42,767 bases of DNA, from assembly GCA_036560245.1 (NCBI GenBank), contig DATBRP010000288.1:1-42767 (forward strand), read 5' to 3'. The notes below the pieces were generated by a model that was not told where the DNA came from, did no database searches, and saw only the letters and a program-made list of their open reading frames with translations. Positions 9,082-17,868 of this stretch are shown one piece after another; within the stretch, counting starts at the first letter, position 1, and each line of letters starts with the position of its first letter. This stretch comes from Hyphomicrobium sp. Lineage in GTDB: Bacteria; Pseudomonadota; Alphaproteobacteria; Rhizobiales; Hyphomicrobiaceae. The translations under genes were made by a program, and so were the position numbers.

Positions 9082-12000
9082 TTATTCCGCCGCGAGCGGA
9101 AGCGGACGATGTTCAGCGATTGCCGGCCCGGCGGGAGATTGGGCATCGTTGCCCGGTTCGTCCGTTGGGCCGACGAAGCGCCCGAAGATGCGCTGCATCA
9201 GCCAGCCGAAGTCGTCCATTACGGTAAAGAACGACGGCACGAAGACCAGCGATAGCATCGTCGATACCAGCAGCCCGCCGATCACTGCGATCGCCATCGG
9301 GGCCCGGAACTCACCCCCGTCGCCGAGCGCAAAGGCGCTGGGAAGCATGCCTGCAGCCATCGCCAGTGTCGTCATGATGATGGGGCGAGCCCGTTTGCGG
9401 CCCGCGTCGATAATCGCCTCGCGGCGTTCGACGCCGTGGGCAATCTCTTCAATGGCGAAATCGACGAGCATGATCGCGTTCTTCGTCACGATGCCCATCA
9501 GCATCAGCAGGCCGATATAAACCGGCATACTAATCGAATTGTCGGTAACAAGCAGGCTCAACGCCACGCCGCCGAACGAGAGCGGAAGCGACAAGAGAAT
9601 CGTGACGGGCTGGAAGACGCTGCCAAAGAGCAGGATCAGCAACCCGAGAACGATCAGAACGCCGGTACCCATCGCGGTGATGAAGCCATTCGCCACTTCG
9701 TCTTGAATCTCCGCGTCGCCTGAAGGCTGCAGCCTAACCGACGCTGGGAGGTTCTGATCGTTGATGACCTTGAGAAAACGTTCGCGCGCCACGCTCATCG
9801 GCACACCACGGTCGAGATCGACGCCGACGACGGCGCGCCGCAGCCGGTCGTAGCGTTCGATAGACGCCGGGCCACGGCCGAATTCGACCGCCGCGACGGC
9901 GGTGAGCGGAATGGCTTTTCCGGCCATGTTGGTGACGCGCAATTGCTCGATCCGTTTCAGATCGGTACGTGTCGCTTCGTCGAGCTGCACGCGGATCGGG
10001 ACCTGCCGGTCGCCGACAGTATATTTCGCGAGATTGAAGTCGGCATCGCCGATCGTCGCAACACGAATGGTCTCTGAGATCTGCTCGGGCGCAACGCCGA
10101 GGCGCGCGGCTTCGTCGAGGCGCGGCACGATTTGAATCTCCGGGCGCTCCGTGGAACCCGTCGCCGCTACGTTTCGAAAGCCTGGAACCAGACGCAACGC
10201 GCCCTCGACCTCGCCGATCGCCCGGTTCAGGTCATCACCGTTTCGCGACAGCATCGAGAATGACAGCTCGCGCTCGCCGCGTTCGTTGATGTACCAGGCC
10301 CGGCTGTCCGGAACGTCGGCAAGTTTCGAGGCGATGATTGTCTTGATCTGCTTTTGCGTGAGCTTTCGTTCGGTCTTCGGCACGAGCTTTACGAAGAGCG
10401 AGGCTCGGCGAATGTCCAGCTGACCAGTCGGGCTCGTTCCGCCGAGCACGAAGACTTGGGAAACCTCCGGAATGGTCCGCAGGATCTTCACCATCTGATC
10501 GGTTTTGGCACGGGTATCGTCGAGCTGCGTACCGGGAGGAAGTTCGACTGCGACGACGACACGAGACGTATCTTCGTCCGGCATAAAGCCCGTTGGTAGC
10601 AGCGTCGTCGCATAAATGGATGCTGAGAACAGCGCGACGCCGGCAACGAGCGTCATATACCGCCAGCGCAGCGTCATCGCGAGGAACCGCGTATAGAAAC
10701 GCATCAACGCGCCGTCGGCGTGAGGCTTCTCTGGCACCGGCCGCATCATGTATGCGGCCATCATCGGGGTGATAAGGCGAGCCACCAGTAGCGAAAACAA
10801 TACCGCCACCGCGACCGTCATGCCGAACTGCCGGAAGTATTGTCCGGCGATGCCGCCCATGAACGACACCGGCGCAAAGATCGCGACAATCGTCAGTGTG
10901 ATGGCGATGACCGCGAGGCCGATCTCGTCCGCAGCTTCGAGCGCTGCACGATATGGAGATTTGCCCATGTGCATGTGGCGCACGATGTTTTCGATCTCGA
11001 CGATGGCGTCATCGACGAGAATGCCCGTCGCGAGCGTGATGCCGAGCAAGCTGATGAGATTTAGCGAAAATCCCATCGCGCTGATGGCCCAGAACGTCGG
11101 GATCGCTGCAAGCGGCAGCGCAATCGCAGAAATCAGCGTCGCGCGAATGTTGCGCAGGAAAAGAAACACGACAAGAACCGCGAGCACTGCGCCCTCGATG
11201 AGCGCTTCCATCGCCGCGACGTAGTTACCCCGCGTATAGGAAACGGCGTCGTCGATCTTCGTGAGCTTGACGTCGGGATAAGCAGTTTCGAGTTCCTTCA
11301 ACGTAGCATTGACGGCATCCGAAACGGAAAGTTCGCTCGTGCCCTTGGTCCGGAAGACCGAGAACGATACGACCGGCTGGCCATTGAGCCTGCCGAACGA
11401 TCGCTGCTCGCTGGAGCCATCGACGACTTGGCCGAGATCTTTGAGCCGAACTTCCCGTCCGCCGGCGAGAATAATTTTGGCATCTGCCAATGTCTGCACG
11501 CGCCGCGCCCCGGCGAGTGTGCGGATAGCTTGCTCCTGACCGCCGACTTCGCCGCGTCCCGATCCGAGATCGACGTTGGTGGCGGCCACCTGTTTGTTTA
11601 CGTCAGCGGCGCTGATGCCAAAGGCCAATAGTCGATCGGGGTTGAGTTTAACTCGAATTTCGCGGTCGACCCCGCCGTAACGCTCGACGCGTCCGACGCC
11701 CTTCGTCGCTTGCAGTCGGCGTTTGATCACGTCGTCGACATGCCATGAAAGCTCTTCAAGCGTCATGCCGGGCGCTGTTGCCGCGAACGACAGGATCGCC
11801 TGGCCTTCGACATCGATGCGTTCGATCACCGGCTCATCGATGGTGCGCGGAAGGTCGCCTCGAACCTTCGAGATCGCGTCTTTGACGTCGTTCAAGGCGC
11901 GATCGGTATCGGTTTCGAGTCGGAATTCCAAAATTGTCGTCGAGGTGCCGTCGGTCAGCGTCGACGTGATGTGTTTGACACCGGTGATATTCGCAACCGA

Positions 12001-12213
12001 ATCTTCGACGACTTTCGTGACCTGTGTTTCAAGCTCGGCGGGCGCGGCGCCGGACTGCGTGATGACGACGGAGACGAGTGGAATGTCGATGTTTGGAAAC
12101 CGCGTCACCGGCAACTGCTCGAAACTCAAAGTGCCAAGCAGGATCAGCACCGCGAACAACACGATCGCGGGAACCGGACGGCGGATCGACCATGCCGAGA
12201 CGTTGATGCGCAT
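9082..12213 (-). CDS. RND efflux pump permease subunit (AcrB/AcrD/AcrF family)
   Basis: 1043 aa with SIRRPV N-terminus, proton-relay motifs GILVDDAIVEIEN and KNAIML, RARPIIMTT and a 12-TM pattern. Confidence 0.95.
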   Translation of the reverse strand: MRINVSAWSIRRPVPAIVLFAVLILLGTLSFEQLPVTRFPNIDIPLVSVVITQSGAAPAELETQVTKVVEDSVANITGVKHITSTLTDGTSTTILEFRLETDTDRALNDVKDAISKVRGDLPRTIDEPVIERIDVEGQAILSFAATAPGMTLEELSWHVDDVIKRRLQATKGVGRVERYGGVDREIRVKLNPDRLLAFGISAADVNKQVAATNVDLGSGRGEVGGQEQAIRTLAGARRVQTLADAKIILAGGREVRLKDLGQVVDGSSEQRSFGRLNGQPVVSFSVFRTKGTSELSVSDAVNATLKELETAYPDVKLTKIDDAVSYTRGNYVAAMEALIEGAVLAVLVVFLFLRNIRATLISAIALPLAAIPTFWAISAMGFSLNLISLLGITLATGILVDDAIVEIENIVRHMHMGKSPYRAALEAADEIGLAVIAITLTIVAIFAPVSFMGGIAGQYFRQFGMTVAVAVLFSLLVARLITPMMAAYMMRPVPEKPHADGALMRFYTRFLAMTLRWRYMTLVAGVALFSASIYATTLLPTGFMPDEDTSRVVVAVELPPGTQLDDTRAKTDQMVKILRTIPEVSQVFVLGGTSPTGQLDIRRASLFVKLVPKTERKLTQKQIKTIIASKLADVPDSRAWYINERGERELSFSMLSRNGDDLNRAIGEVEGALRLVPGFRNVAATGSTERPEIQIVPRLDEAARLGVAPEQISETIRVATIGDADFNLAKYTVGDRQVPIRVQLDEATRTDLKRIEQLRVTNMAGKAIPLTAVAAVEFGRGPASIERYDRLRRAVVGVDLDRGVPMSVARERFLKVINDQNLPASVRLQPSGDAEIQDEVANGFITAMGTGVLIVLGLLILLFGSVFQPVTILLSLPLSFGGVALSLLVTDNSISMPVYIGLLMLMGIVTKNAIMLVDFAIEEIAHGVERREAIIDAGRKRARPIIMTTLAMAAGMLPSAFALGDGGEFRAPMAIAVIGGLLVSTMLSLVFVPSFFTVMDDFGWLMQRIFGRFVGPTDEPGNDAQSPAGPAIAEHRPLPLAAE

Positions 12214-13427
12214 TATTTCGCCTCGCTCAGCGTCGGTTCAGGCGTGATCGGGCGCACGATGTCGCCATCGCGTAGGAAGGTGCCGGCGCGCGTCACGACC
12301 AAGTCACCTTCGTTCAGGCCATCTTTCACTTCGATGAGGTCGCCGGCAATGAGCCCAATGGCGACCAATTGCTTCTTGATCTTATTGTCTTTGACGACCT
12401 GCACGGTCGTCGTGCCCTGATCGAACGTAACGGCGGGAGCGGGAACGGCGAGGCCGCGGCTGCGCGCCGTTTCAATCAATCCATGCGCATAAGATCCGAT
12501 GCGAAGCTGCGGGTTCGGCCCGAGGAAAATCTTGACGCGGCCTAGTCGCGTCGTCTTGTCGACCTCCGGCGATACGAGCCGAACCTTTCCTGCGAAGTCT
12601 CCGACCTGCGGCACCGTCACGATTGCCTTCTGGCCAACTTTGACGTTCTTCAATTCGGTCTCGACGATCTCGGCATCGAGTTCGATCTCGCCATTCTGGA
12701 TGATGCGGAACATAGGTTCGCCCACCGCCGATGCCATCGCCCCCATACGCGCGGTGCGCCGGCTGATGACGCCGTCCTGCGGCGCGGTCACGTTGGTATT
12801 GCTTCGCCGCCATTCGATTTCGCGGCCTTGGGCTTCGACCTGCGCTTTCTCGGCTTTGGCGGCCGTCAATCCGTCGCGCGCCGCAACGAGCTGCGCAGCC
12901 GTCGTACGCGCTGCACTTTCACGCTGATCGTAGGTCGAACCAGAGAGATAACCGGACTTCTTAAGGGGTTCTGCGCGCTCGAGCTGCGCCGCAGCTTCTT
13001 TTGCCTGCGCCTCGGCCTGCGCGATCTGGCTTTGCGCCTGCGCGATTGCGGCGGTTGAGCGTGCGAGATTGGCGTCGTTCTGAGCGAGCTGGGCATCGAT
13101 CTGTTCAGAAACAAGTCGGGCGAGGACTTGGCCCTTCTTCACGTGATCGCCCTCGTCGGCCATAAGTTCGAGCACACGCAGCCCTTCGATCTCCGGCGAA
13201 ACGAGGATTTCCTCGCGCGGCACCAATGATCCGGACACGACGGCGGTTTCGACGAAATCCTCCGTCCTGACCTTTGAAACCGTGATTGCTGGCGCAGCGA
13301 CCGGCTTTGCCGCCTCTAGCCGTGCCGCCTGAATGGCCGTCGTGTGCTTTTTTTCCAGATAGGTATAGCTGCCGCCGACTGTGGCGCCGACAACGATCAG
13401 CGCGAGCGCGAATTTTTTGAAACTCAT
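12213..13427 (-). CDS. RND efflux periplasmic adaptor (MFP)
   Basis: Start MSFKKFALALIVVG at 13427 overlaps the TetR stop (ATGA). Motifs EGDHVKKGQVLARL, VTAPQDGVI, VSPEVDKTTR and GLNEGDLVV. Confidence 0.92.
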   Translation of the reverse strand: MSFKKFALALIVVGATVGGSYTYLEKKHTTAIQAARLEAAKPVAAPAITVSKVRTEDFVETAVVSGSLVPREEILVSPEIEGLRVLELMADEGDHVKKGQVLARLVSEQIDAQLAQNDANLARSTAAIAQAQSQIAQAEAQAKEAAAQLERAEPLKKSGYLSGSTYDQRESAARTTAAQLVAARDGLTAAKAEKAQVEAQGREIEWRRSNTNVTAPQDGVISRRTARMGAMASAVGEPMFRIIQNGEIELDAEIVETELKNVKVGQKAIVTVPQVGDFAGKVRLVSPEVDKTTRLGRVKIFLGPNPQLRIGSYAHGLIETARSRGLAVPAPAVTFDQGTTTVQVVKDNKIKKQLVAIGLIAGDLIEVKDGLNEGDLVVTRAGTFLRDGDIVRPITPEPTLSEAK

Positions 13428-14065
13428 CGGCGCACCTCGAGAACGGCACCCTTTTTGCCAAGGCCAGCTTGCTCGGTCGGATTGAGCAGCGTACCAATCA
13501 TTTCGATTACGACCGGCAAGACGCCGCTCATGTTTGCGTCGGGCTCGATCGCGCGGCGCCAGAACATGCCGTCGCCGAGCACGTTGAAAACTTTTGCGAG
13601 GGTCGGAATATCGACGCGGGGCGCGATGCGGCCCTCGTCTTTCAATCGCTGGAACAGCGCTTCGAAGCTGTCGGAACAATACTTGTCGACGCTCATGAAA
13701 ATTTCGGCGATGTGCGGATTGCGCGTCGCCTCGACGCCCATTTCGACGACGAAGCGCTGTTTTTCGGGGGACTCGTCAACGAGGTAGTGCTCACCGATGG
13801 CCGCGAGTGCTTCGAGGAAGTTGGGTGCGGTCGCGAGCTTGGCGAACCGTTCCGCGAATTCCGCCCGATCTCGTTCGCAAAGACCAGCGATCAGCGCTTC
13901 TTTGCTGTCGAAATAGACGTAAAGAGCGCCCGGACTGATGCCTGCCTCGCGGCAGATGCTCTGCATCGTCGTCGCGTGAAATCCGCCCCGCGCGAAGCAG
14001 CCGAGTGCCGCATCGAGAATGTGTTCGCGGCGCGCGCGCTGCGTGTCTGGTTTTAATTTCGGCAT
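13424..14065 (-). CDS. TetR/AcrR family transcriptional regulator
   Basis: MPKLKPDTQRARREHILDAALGCFARGGFHATTMQSICREAGISPGALYVYFDSKEAL is a canonical TetR HTH. First gene of the efflux operon. Confidence 0.95.
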   Translation of the reverse strand: MPKLKPDTQRARREHILDAALGCFARGGFHATTMQSICREAGISPGALYVYFDSKEALIAGLCERDRAEFAERFAKLATAPNFLEALAAIGEHYLVDESPEKQRFVVEMGVEATRNPHIAEIFMSVDKYCSDSFEALFQRLKDEGRIAPRVDIPTLAKVFNVLGDGMFWRRAIEPDANMSGVLPVVIEMIGTLLNPTEQAGLGKKGAVLEVRR

Positions 14066-14103
14066 GTGTTCGGAGCGATCTTTGACCGAGAGAAAATGGA
14101 TAA

Positions 14104-14124
14104 AAACGAACGAGCGTTCTGTTT
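14104..14124. promoter_or_regulatory. candidate TetR operator
   Basis: Imperfect palindrome AAAC-GAACG-AG-CGTTC-T-GTTT about 40 bp upstream of the tetR start. It lies just downstream of a minus-strand TTGACG -35-like hexamer (14143-14148). Confidence 0.55.
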
Positions 14125-14444
14125 GTCTGACGATTGCGGTGACGTCAAGGCGAATAGTTGTTCGTTTTGTAGGCGCTGTCTGTCCCGTAGGTGACACGCA
14201 GGGAGCGTCGTGATTTTTACTTATGTTATTGAAATAAAAGTTTTTTTTAGAACGAGAGCGTTCGCAGCTGGAATGCTGCATCGGCAACGCAAAAGAAATT
14301 CAAGTTGCCGAAAACCTGGGAGAACTCGCAGGAGTCGGCGAGAGAGGCACGCAAGCGGGCCTCGTAACGCTGGCGGCGATGGTGATTTTGTCGGTAGTCC
14401 AGCGCGGTCGCGACGTGTCCTGAAGCCGCCGACGGTACGCAGCA

Positions 14445-14484
14445 AGAGAGGAGCAGTAGGTCCCGCAGCCCACCGCTCCTCTCT
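14445..14484 (-). other. strong RNA hairpin (possible terminator, processing site or sRNA element)
   Basis: Minus-strand AGAGAGGAGCGGUGGG-CUGCGGGA-CCUACUGCUCCUCUCU forms a 16-bp stem with two G-U pairs. There is no U-tract. Confidence 0.5.
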
Positions 14485-14774
14485 CTCCTCCGCTTGGCTT
14501 TCAGGGCCGCGCGGATCTCGCAAGTCTCACGAGTTTCAGAAATTCGGCGCCGTAACGGCATCGGCCTGCGATGCCTGCGCGAGAGCTATAACGTCGCCGC
14601 GCGTAATACCATTCACAAGTGAGGCACTCGTCACGGGTCTTCCAAACGCCAACGCCGCAGAGGCGCGGAAAAAACCTACTTTGATTGAAACGTCGTTCAA
14701 CCAGGTTCGTCGATGCGTGCCTAACCGGCTCGAAGATGAGAGCCGCGACGCGTGTCTCAGTTGGCAAGCGGACA

Positions 14775-15080
14775 TCAAGGAAGGCAGGGCGTCCCCGTGA
14801 AAATGCAAACAGCCCCGGCACCGCCGCTGAGACAACGCTCTTCGGTATTTTGCGCGCGTGCCCAGTTCGCGTAGTTGGGACCAAGCCCCGGCATCGATCT
14901 CACTTTTTGGCGCCAATGCGCGCGTGCCTTCACTTTGGCGAGCCAGACGAAGTTAGACTCTTCTCCGCGAGCGACGATCGCAGTGGCGGCGCAGTTACCC
15001 GCACGCGCTGGCTGCGGCAAGAGCAGCTGTGCAAAGAAAACAACAACGAGCATCGCTCCGGCCAAGATCGTCTTTGTCAT
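14775..15080 (-). CDS. small secreted 4-Cys protein, hypothetical
   Basis: Signal peptide MTKTILAGAMLVVVFFAQLLLPQPARA|. The 74-aa mature part is basic, has three Trp and four Cys, and ends CIFTGTPCLP. Confidence 0.8.
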   Translation of the reverse strand: MTKTILAGAMLVVVFFAQLLLPQPARAGNCAATAIVARGEESNFVWLAKVKARAHWRQKVRSMPGLGPNYANWARAQNTEERCLSGGAGAVCIFTGTPCLP

Positions 15081-15133
15081 TTTCTATTGCCCCACGTTCC
15101 ACTCGAACGACGTTGGCGCATCGGCCAAACAAG

Positions 15134-15997
15134 TCAGTATTGGAATAGCACGTTGAATGTGCCGTAGGGCGACACCTCCGTTGCGTTCCATTCCTCGACG
15201 CGTCCCGAAACGCCGCCGGCGAGCGAAACCTCTCCACCTACCCAGTCGCAGCGCACGAACAACCCGGCGCGGCCATTCCAATCACCCTCGCCCGTCTCGA
15301 CGTTTTTGTCGTAGCGAAGCTCTGGGCCGATGGAGAGACCCGGCTCGACCCGCCAACCCGTGCGCCAACGCGATGATGTTTCATTGCGCGCGGTCGCATA
15401 GCTGAGGTCGAGTGACGTCCAAGACTCCTGGCTCACGTTAAGCCAGAGTTCGAGTGCGCCCTTGGCGCCGTATTCCGTGCCGTCGTCGTGATTGTTTGGG
15501 TCTTGAATCAAATGGTGCTCGGACGACATCGAGGCGCCGGCAAATGCTTTGGCCGTCAGTTCGCCGAGCCGCAAGTAATAGCCGATAAGCATCTCGGCGT
15601 ACGCGTGCTCGACCCGGAAGTGGCGGTTGCTCAGGTGATTTCCGTTTGCACACAGATCATTGACAACGGCAACTCCGCAAGGCTGCGGCTGCGTAGCGCT
15701 ATCATAGCCGTACTCCCCGTAACCCCCACCAACGCGCAGCCGCCAGCCATCGCTGTAAATATCGCGGCTCCAGGGAGCTACCGTCATTCCAGAGTAGAGA
15801 AGCCATTGATCGCGGGCCGCATCGACGCCGCCCCACGTCTCGCGCCAGCCGTAATTCGTCTGCGCTTCGTCAGCTTGCTGATCGATTGACTGTGCGGATA
15901 CTTTGGTTGCAGGCAATAGAAGAAAGGCCACGGCGGTAATTAGGACCGCGGCGGAAACAACATTCGGATGTTTGCTAGCCCCCAAACACGGCCACAT
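15134..15997 (-). CDS. BcsS-family outer-membrane beta-barrel protein
   Basis: Motifs DGWRLRVGGGYGEYGY, AEMLIGYYLRLGELTAKAFAG, GAKGALELW and RWRTGWRV..LSIGPE, plus a C-terminal beta-signal (NVLFQY). Start uncertain (TTG 16024 or ATG 15997). Confidence 0.7.
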   Translation of the reverse strand: MWPCLGASKHPNVVSAAVLITAVAFLLLPATKVSAQSIDQQADEAQTNYGWRETWGGVDAARDQWLLYSGMTVAPWSRDIYSDGWRLRVGGGYGEYGYDSATQPQPCGVAVVNDLCANGNHLSNRHFRVEHAYAEMLIGYYLRLGELTAKAFAGASMSSEHHLIQDPNNHDDGTEYGAKGALELWLNVSQESWTSLDLSYATARNETSSRWRTGWRVEPGLSIGPELRYDKNVETGEGDWNGRAGLFVRCDWVGGEVSLAGGVSGRVEEWNATEVSPYGTFNVLFQY

Positions 15998-16376
15998 CGC
16001 GAACTCAAAAATTACAAGAAGCAAACGCTAATGACGAGATTGACTATAACGGCGGTAACAAACCGCATGCGTCAAGATGAACAAACGATGTTCATGCGCC
16101 CTGGGCTCGGCGTGTGTTGACTACCGCTGCGCAATCATGGATTGCGGCCGCAAGATCTTCCACTAACCGCCGGGTGGTTCTTTAGTGCGAGCGTGGCGCC
16201 CTAAATATCGCCGCGTACTCGACATATCGGCAGATGAGCGCACGCAGGTGTGAGGTGCGGGCAGCAGTCAGTCATGCTAGTTGGAAGTACAATCTGCGAG
16301 GGCGTTCAAACCTCGCAGAAATAAAACGGTAGCCCAACGTGGCTACGAGGCATTTTGTGTCTGGGAGGACGCAACA

Positions 16377-16802
16377 ATGGCGGATTTTGCGGAGCAAGCT
16401 CCGAGAAATATTTCACCCTACTATTCACTCTTTCAGGTTCTGTTCGATACGGTCGACACCACTTCGTTCTTTTGGCAGCCGATGCTCAAGGCTATCGGAG
16501 GCAGTCAGTTGGAGATGGCCGGTCTGCAGGCGCGCCAAGCTCAGGCCGTCATACATTGGACGCACCAGGTGCTCCGGCCGGCGTCGCCGATGGATCTAGC
16601 TGATGCCAACGCTCAGCTTTGGCAGACAATGATAGAAAACTGCATGGACGTCGCTCCCCGCGTTGCGGCGGCCGCCAGCTCGGCGACGCAATCGGTCGCC
16701 CCGATCGTATTGCCGCTGCCCGTCAGACGCTCTCGAGATACCCTGGTGCTGCTCGACCGTGGCGATCACGCGGGCGACGCTTCGGAGCGTAGGGTCGCTT
16801 AG
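16377..16802 (+). CDS. phasin-like protein
   Basis: GGAGG RBS before ATG 16377. The helical pattern KAIGGSQLEMAGLQARQAQA...SPMDLADANAQLWQTMIEN resembles Phasin_2-type amphipathic helices. Confidence 0.6.
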   Translation: MADFAEQAPRNISPYYSLFQVLFDTVDTTSFFWQPMLKAIGGSQLEMAGLQARQAQAVIHWTHQVLRPASPMDLADANAQLWQTMIENCMDVAPRVAAAASSATQSVAPIVLPLPVRRSRDTLVLLDRGDHAGDASERRVA

Positions 16803-16873
16803 CTCATCGAGCCCGGCAACATAACCGCGAGGTAGGTGTGATCATCGTTTCCTGCCACGCTCGTACTTGCCAT

Positions 16874-17431
16874 CTACTTGAGATCATCCAGGGCTTCCGC
16901 AAAGCCCTTCAATGAAATCGGGATGCCGATGCCGGCTTCCTCTGTCTGGAAGATGATAAAGATGGCCGTCTTCCCGGTCTTGAGCTTGTCCAGAAGCGAG
17001 TCTTCGACGACGACCTGAGCGTAGCACGCGAAGCTGTGGCAGCGCAGAAACGGTGCATGTCCCACGTCTTTGTCGTCAATCTTGAGACCCAGCCCAGGCG
17101 GCAGCAGCACGCCAAGCGGCGCGAAGACTCGAAGCACGCGCGTGCCGTTCGAGAATTTTTGGAAGTAGACAGTGAGCCCGATGTTGTTCTTGTCCTCGGC
17201 GGTGACGCTCTGGACGAGAGCACAGACGGCATTCTTCGATCCGGGCGGCGGGTCTTTGCAGACGACTTGCCAGTCGCCGTGCTGCGACTTGACCGTACCT
17301 TCAGGAGCGTCGACGGCGAAAGCCGGGCTTGGCGCGAGCACGGCGGCAGTCGCTTGTGCAAGTGCGAAAAGAGCCATTGATACGATAAAAGACGCGCACC
17401 GGCGCGGCCTCGACGTCCGGGTGGCGCGCAT
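16874..17431 (-). CDS. invasion associated locus B (IalB) family protein
   Basis: Motifs HGDWQVVC, CALVQSV, LRVFAPLGVLLPPGLGLKID, FLRCHSFACYA and PISLKGFAEAL, with a signal peptide. Divergent from coxB as in other Rhizobiales. Start uncertain. Confidence 0.9.
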   Translation of the reverse strand: MRATRTSRPRRCASFIVSMALFALAQATAAVLAPSPAFAVDAPEGTVKSQHGDWQVVCKDPPPGSKNAVCALVQSVTAEDKNNIGLTVYFQKFSNGTRVLRVFAPLGVLLPPGLGLKIDDKDVGHAPFLRCHSFACYAQVVVEDSLLDKLKTGKTAIFIIFQTEEAGIGIPISLKGFAEALDDLK

Positions 17432-17868
17432 TCCGGCCGAGCACAGGGTTTGGCCTCGGAGGCGGCATTTGTGGGCTGGCAAGCGGTTGTCCTTGCTTTC
17501 GCGGGCGCGCCCGCTGAATGGAGGAGTCGTGGGAACGACGGGGTTTCGTCAGCTAGGAATTCGGCCGAATTCTGTTCCTGAGGCCGAACATCCGCTTTCA
17601 ACGCAAGGTGTCGATTCGCGGATAGTATGCGTCGTTTCGCGAAGAAATGACGCACAAACTTGACTTGAGTACTGCGAACCCATTGTGCTCTCTATCAACC
17701 TGCCTTAGCAGGTGGGAAGAGGCGTTTGCTGCTTCGATGAAGGCAAGCGTTCCCCGGTAGGAAAACCGGGCAATAATCAACGGGGACGGTGCGCTGGTAT
17801 TGGCGCATCAGAAAATGGGAGACTGTCGGCTTAGCAAGATGCCAAGCCGACAAACTGGGAGCGAAGGA

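Noticed and set aside
14204-14231. Possible dif site (TTATGTTA resembles the XerD arm)
   Set aside because: The position of the XerC arm reads AGCGTCGTGAT with no GCATAA-like core, and the XerD arm diverges after 8 nt.
13428-14287. Long N-terminal extensions of the MFP (to 13679) and TetR (to 14287) in the ORF track
   Set aside because: They overlap the upstream gene or promoter. Family-typical starts at 13427 and 14065 fit better. The same applies to the extensions of surf1, the GNAT gene, ispH and the GGDEF-EAL gene.
14210-14916. ORFs 14210..14800 (+), 14221..14523 (-), 14247..14561 (-) and 14501..14884 (-)
   Set aside because: They overlap each other, have Arg/Ser-rich shadow composition, and show no clear RBS or recognisable motif.
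17683-17780. FNR/FixK box upstream of coxB
   Set aside because: Only ATCAA half-sites are present, with no TTGAT at the required 4-bp spacing.
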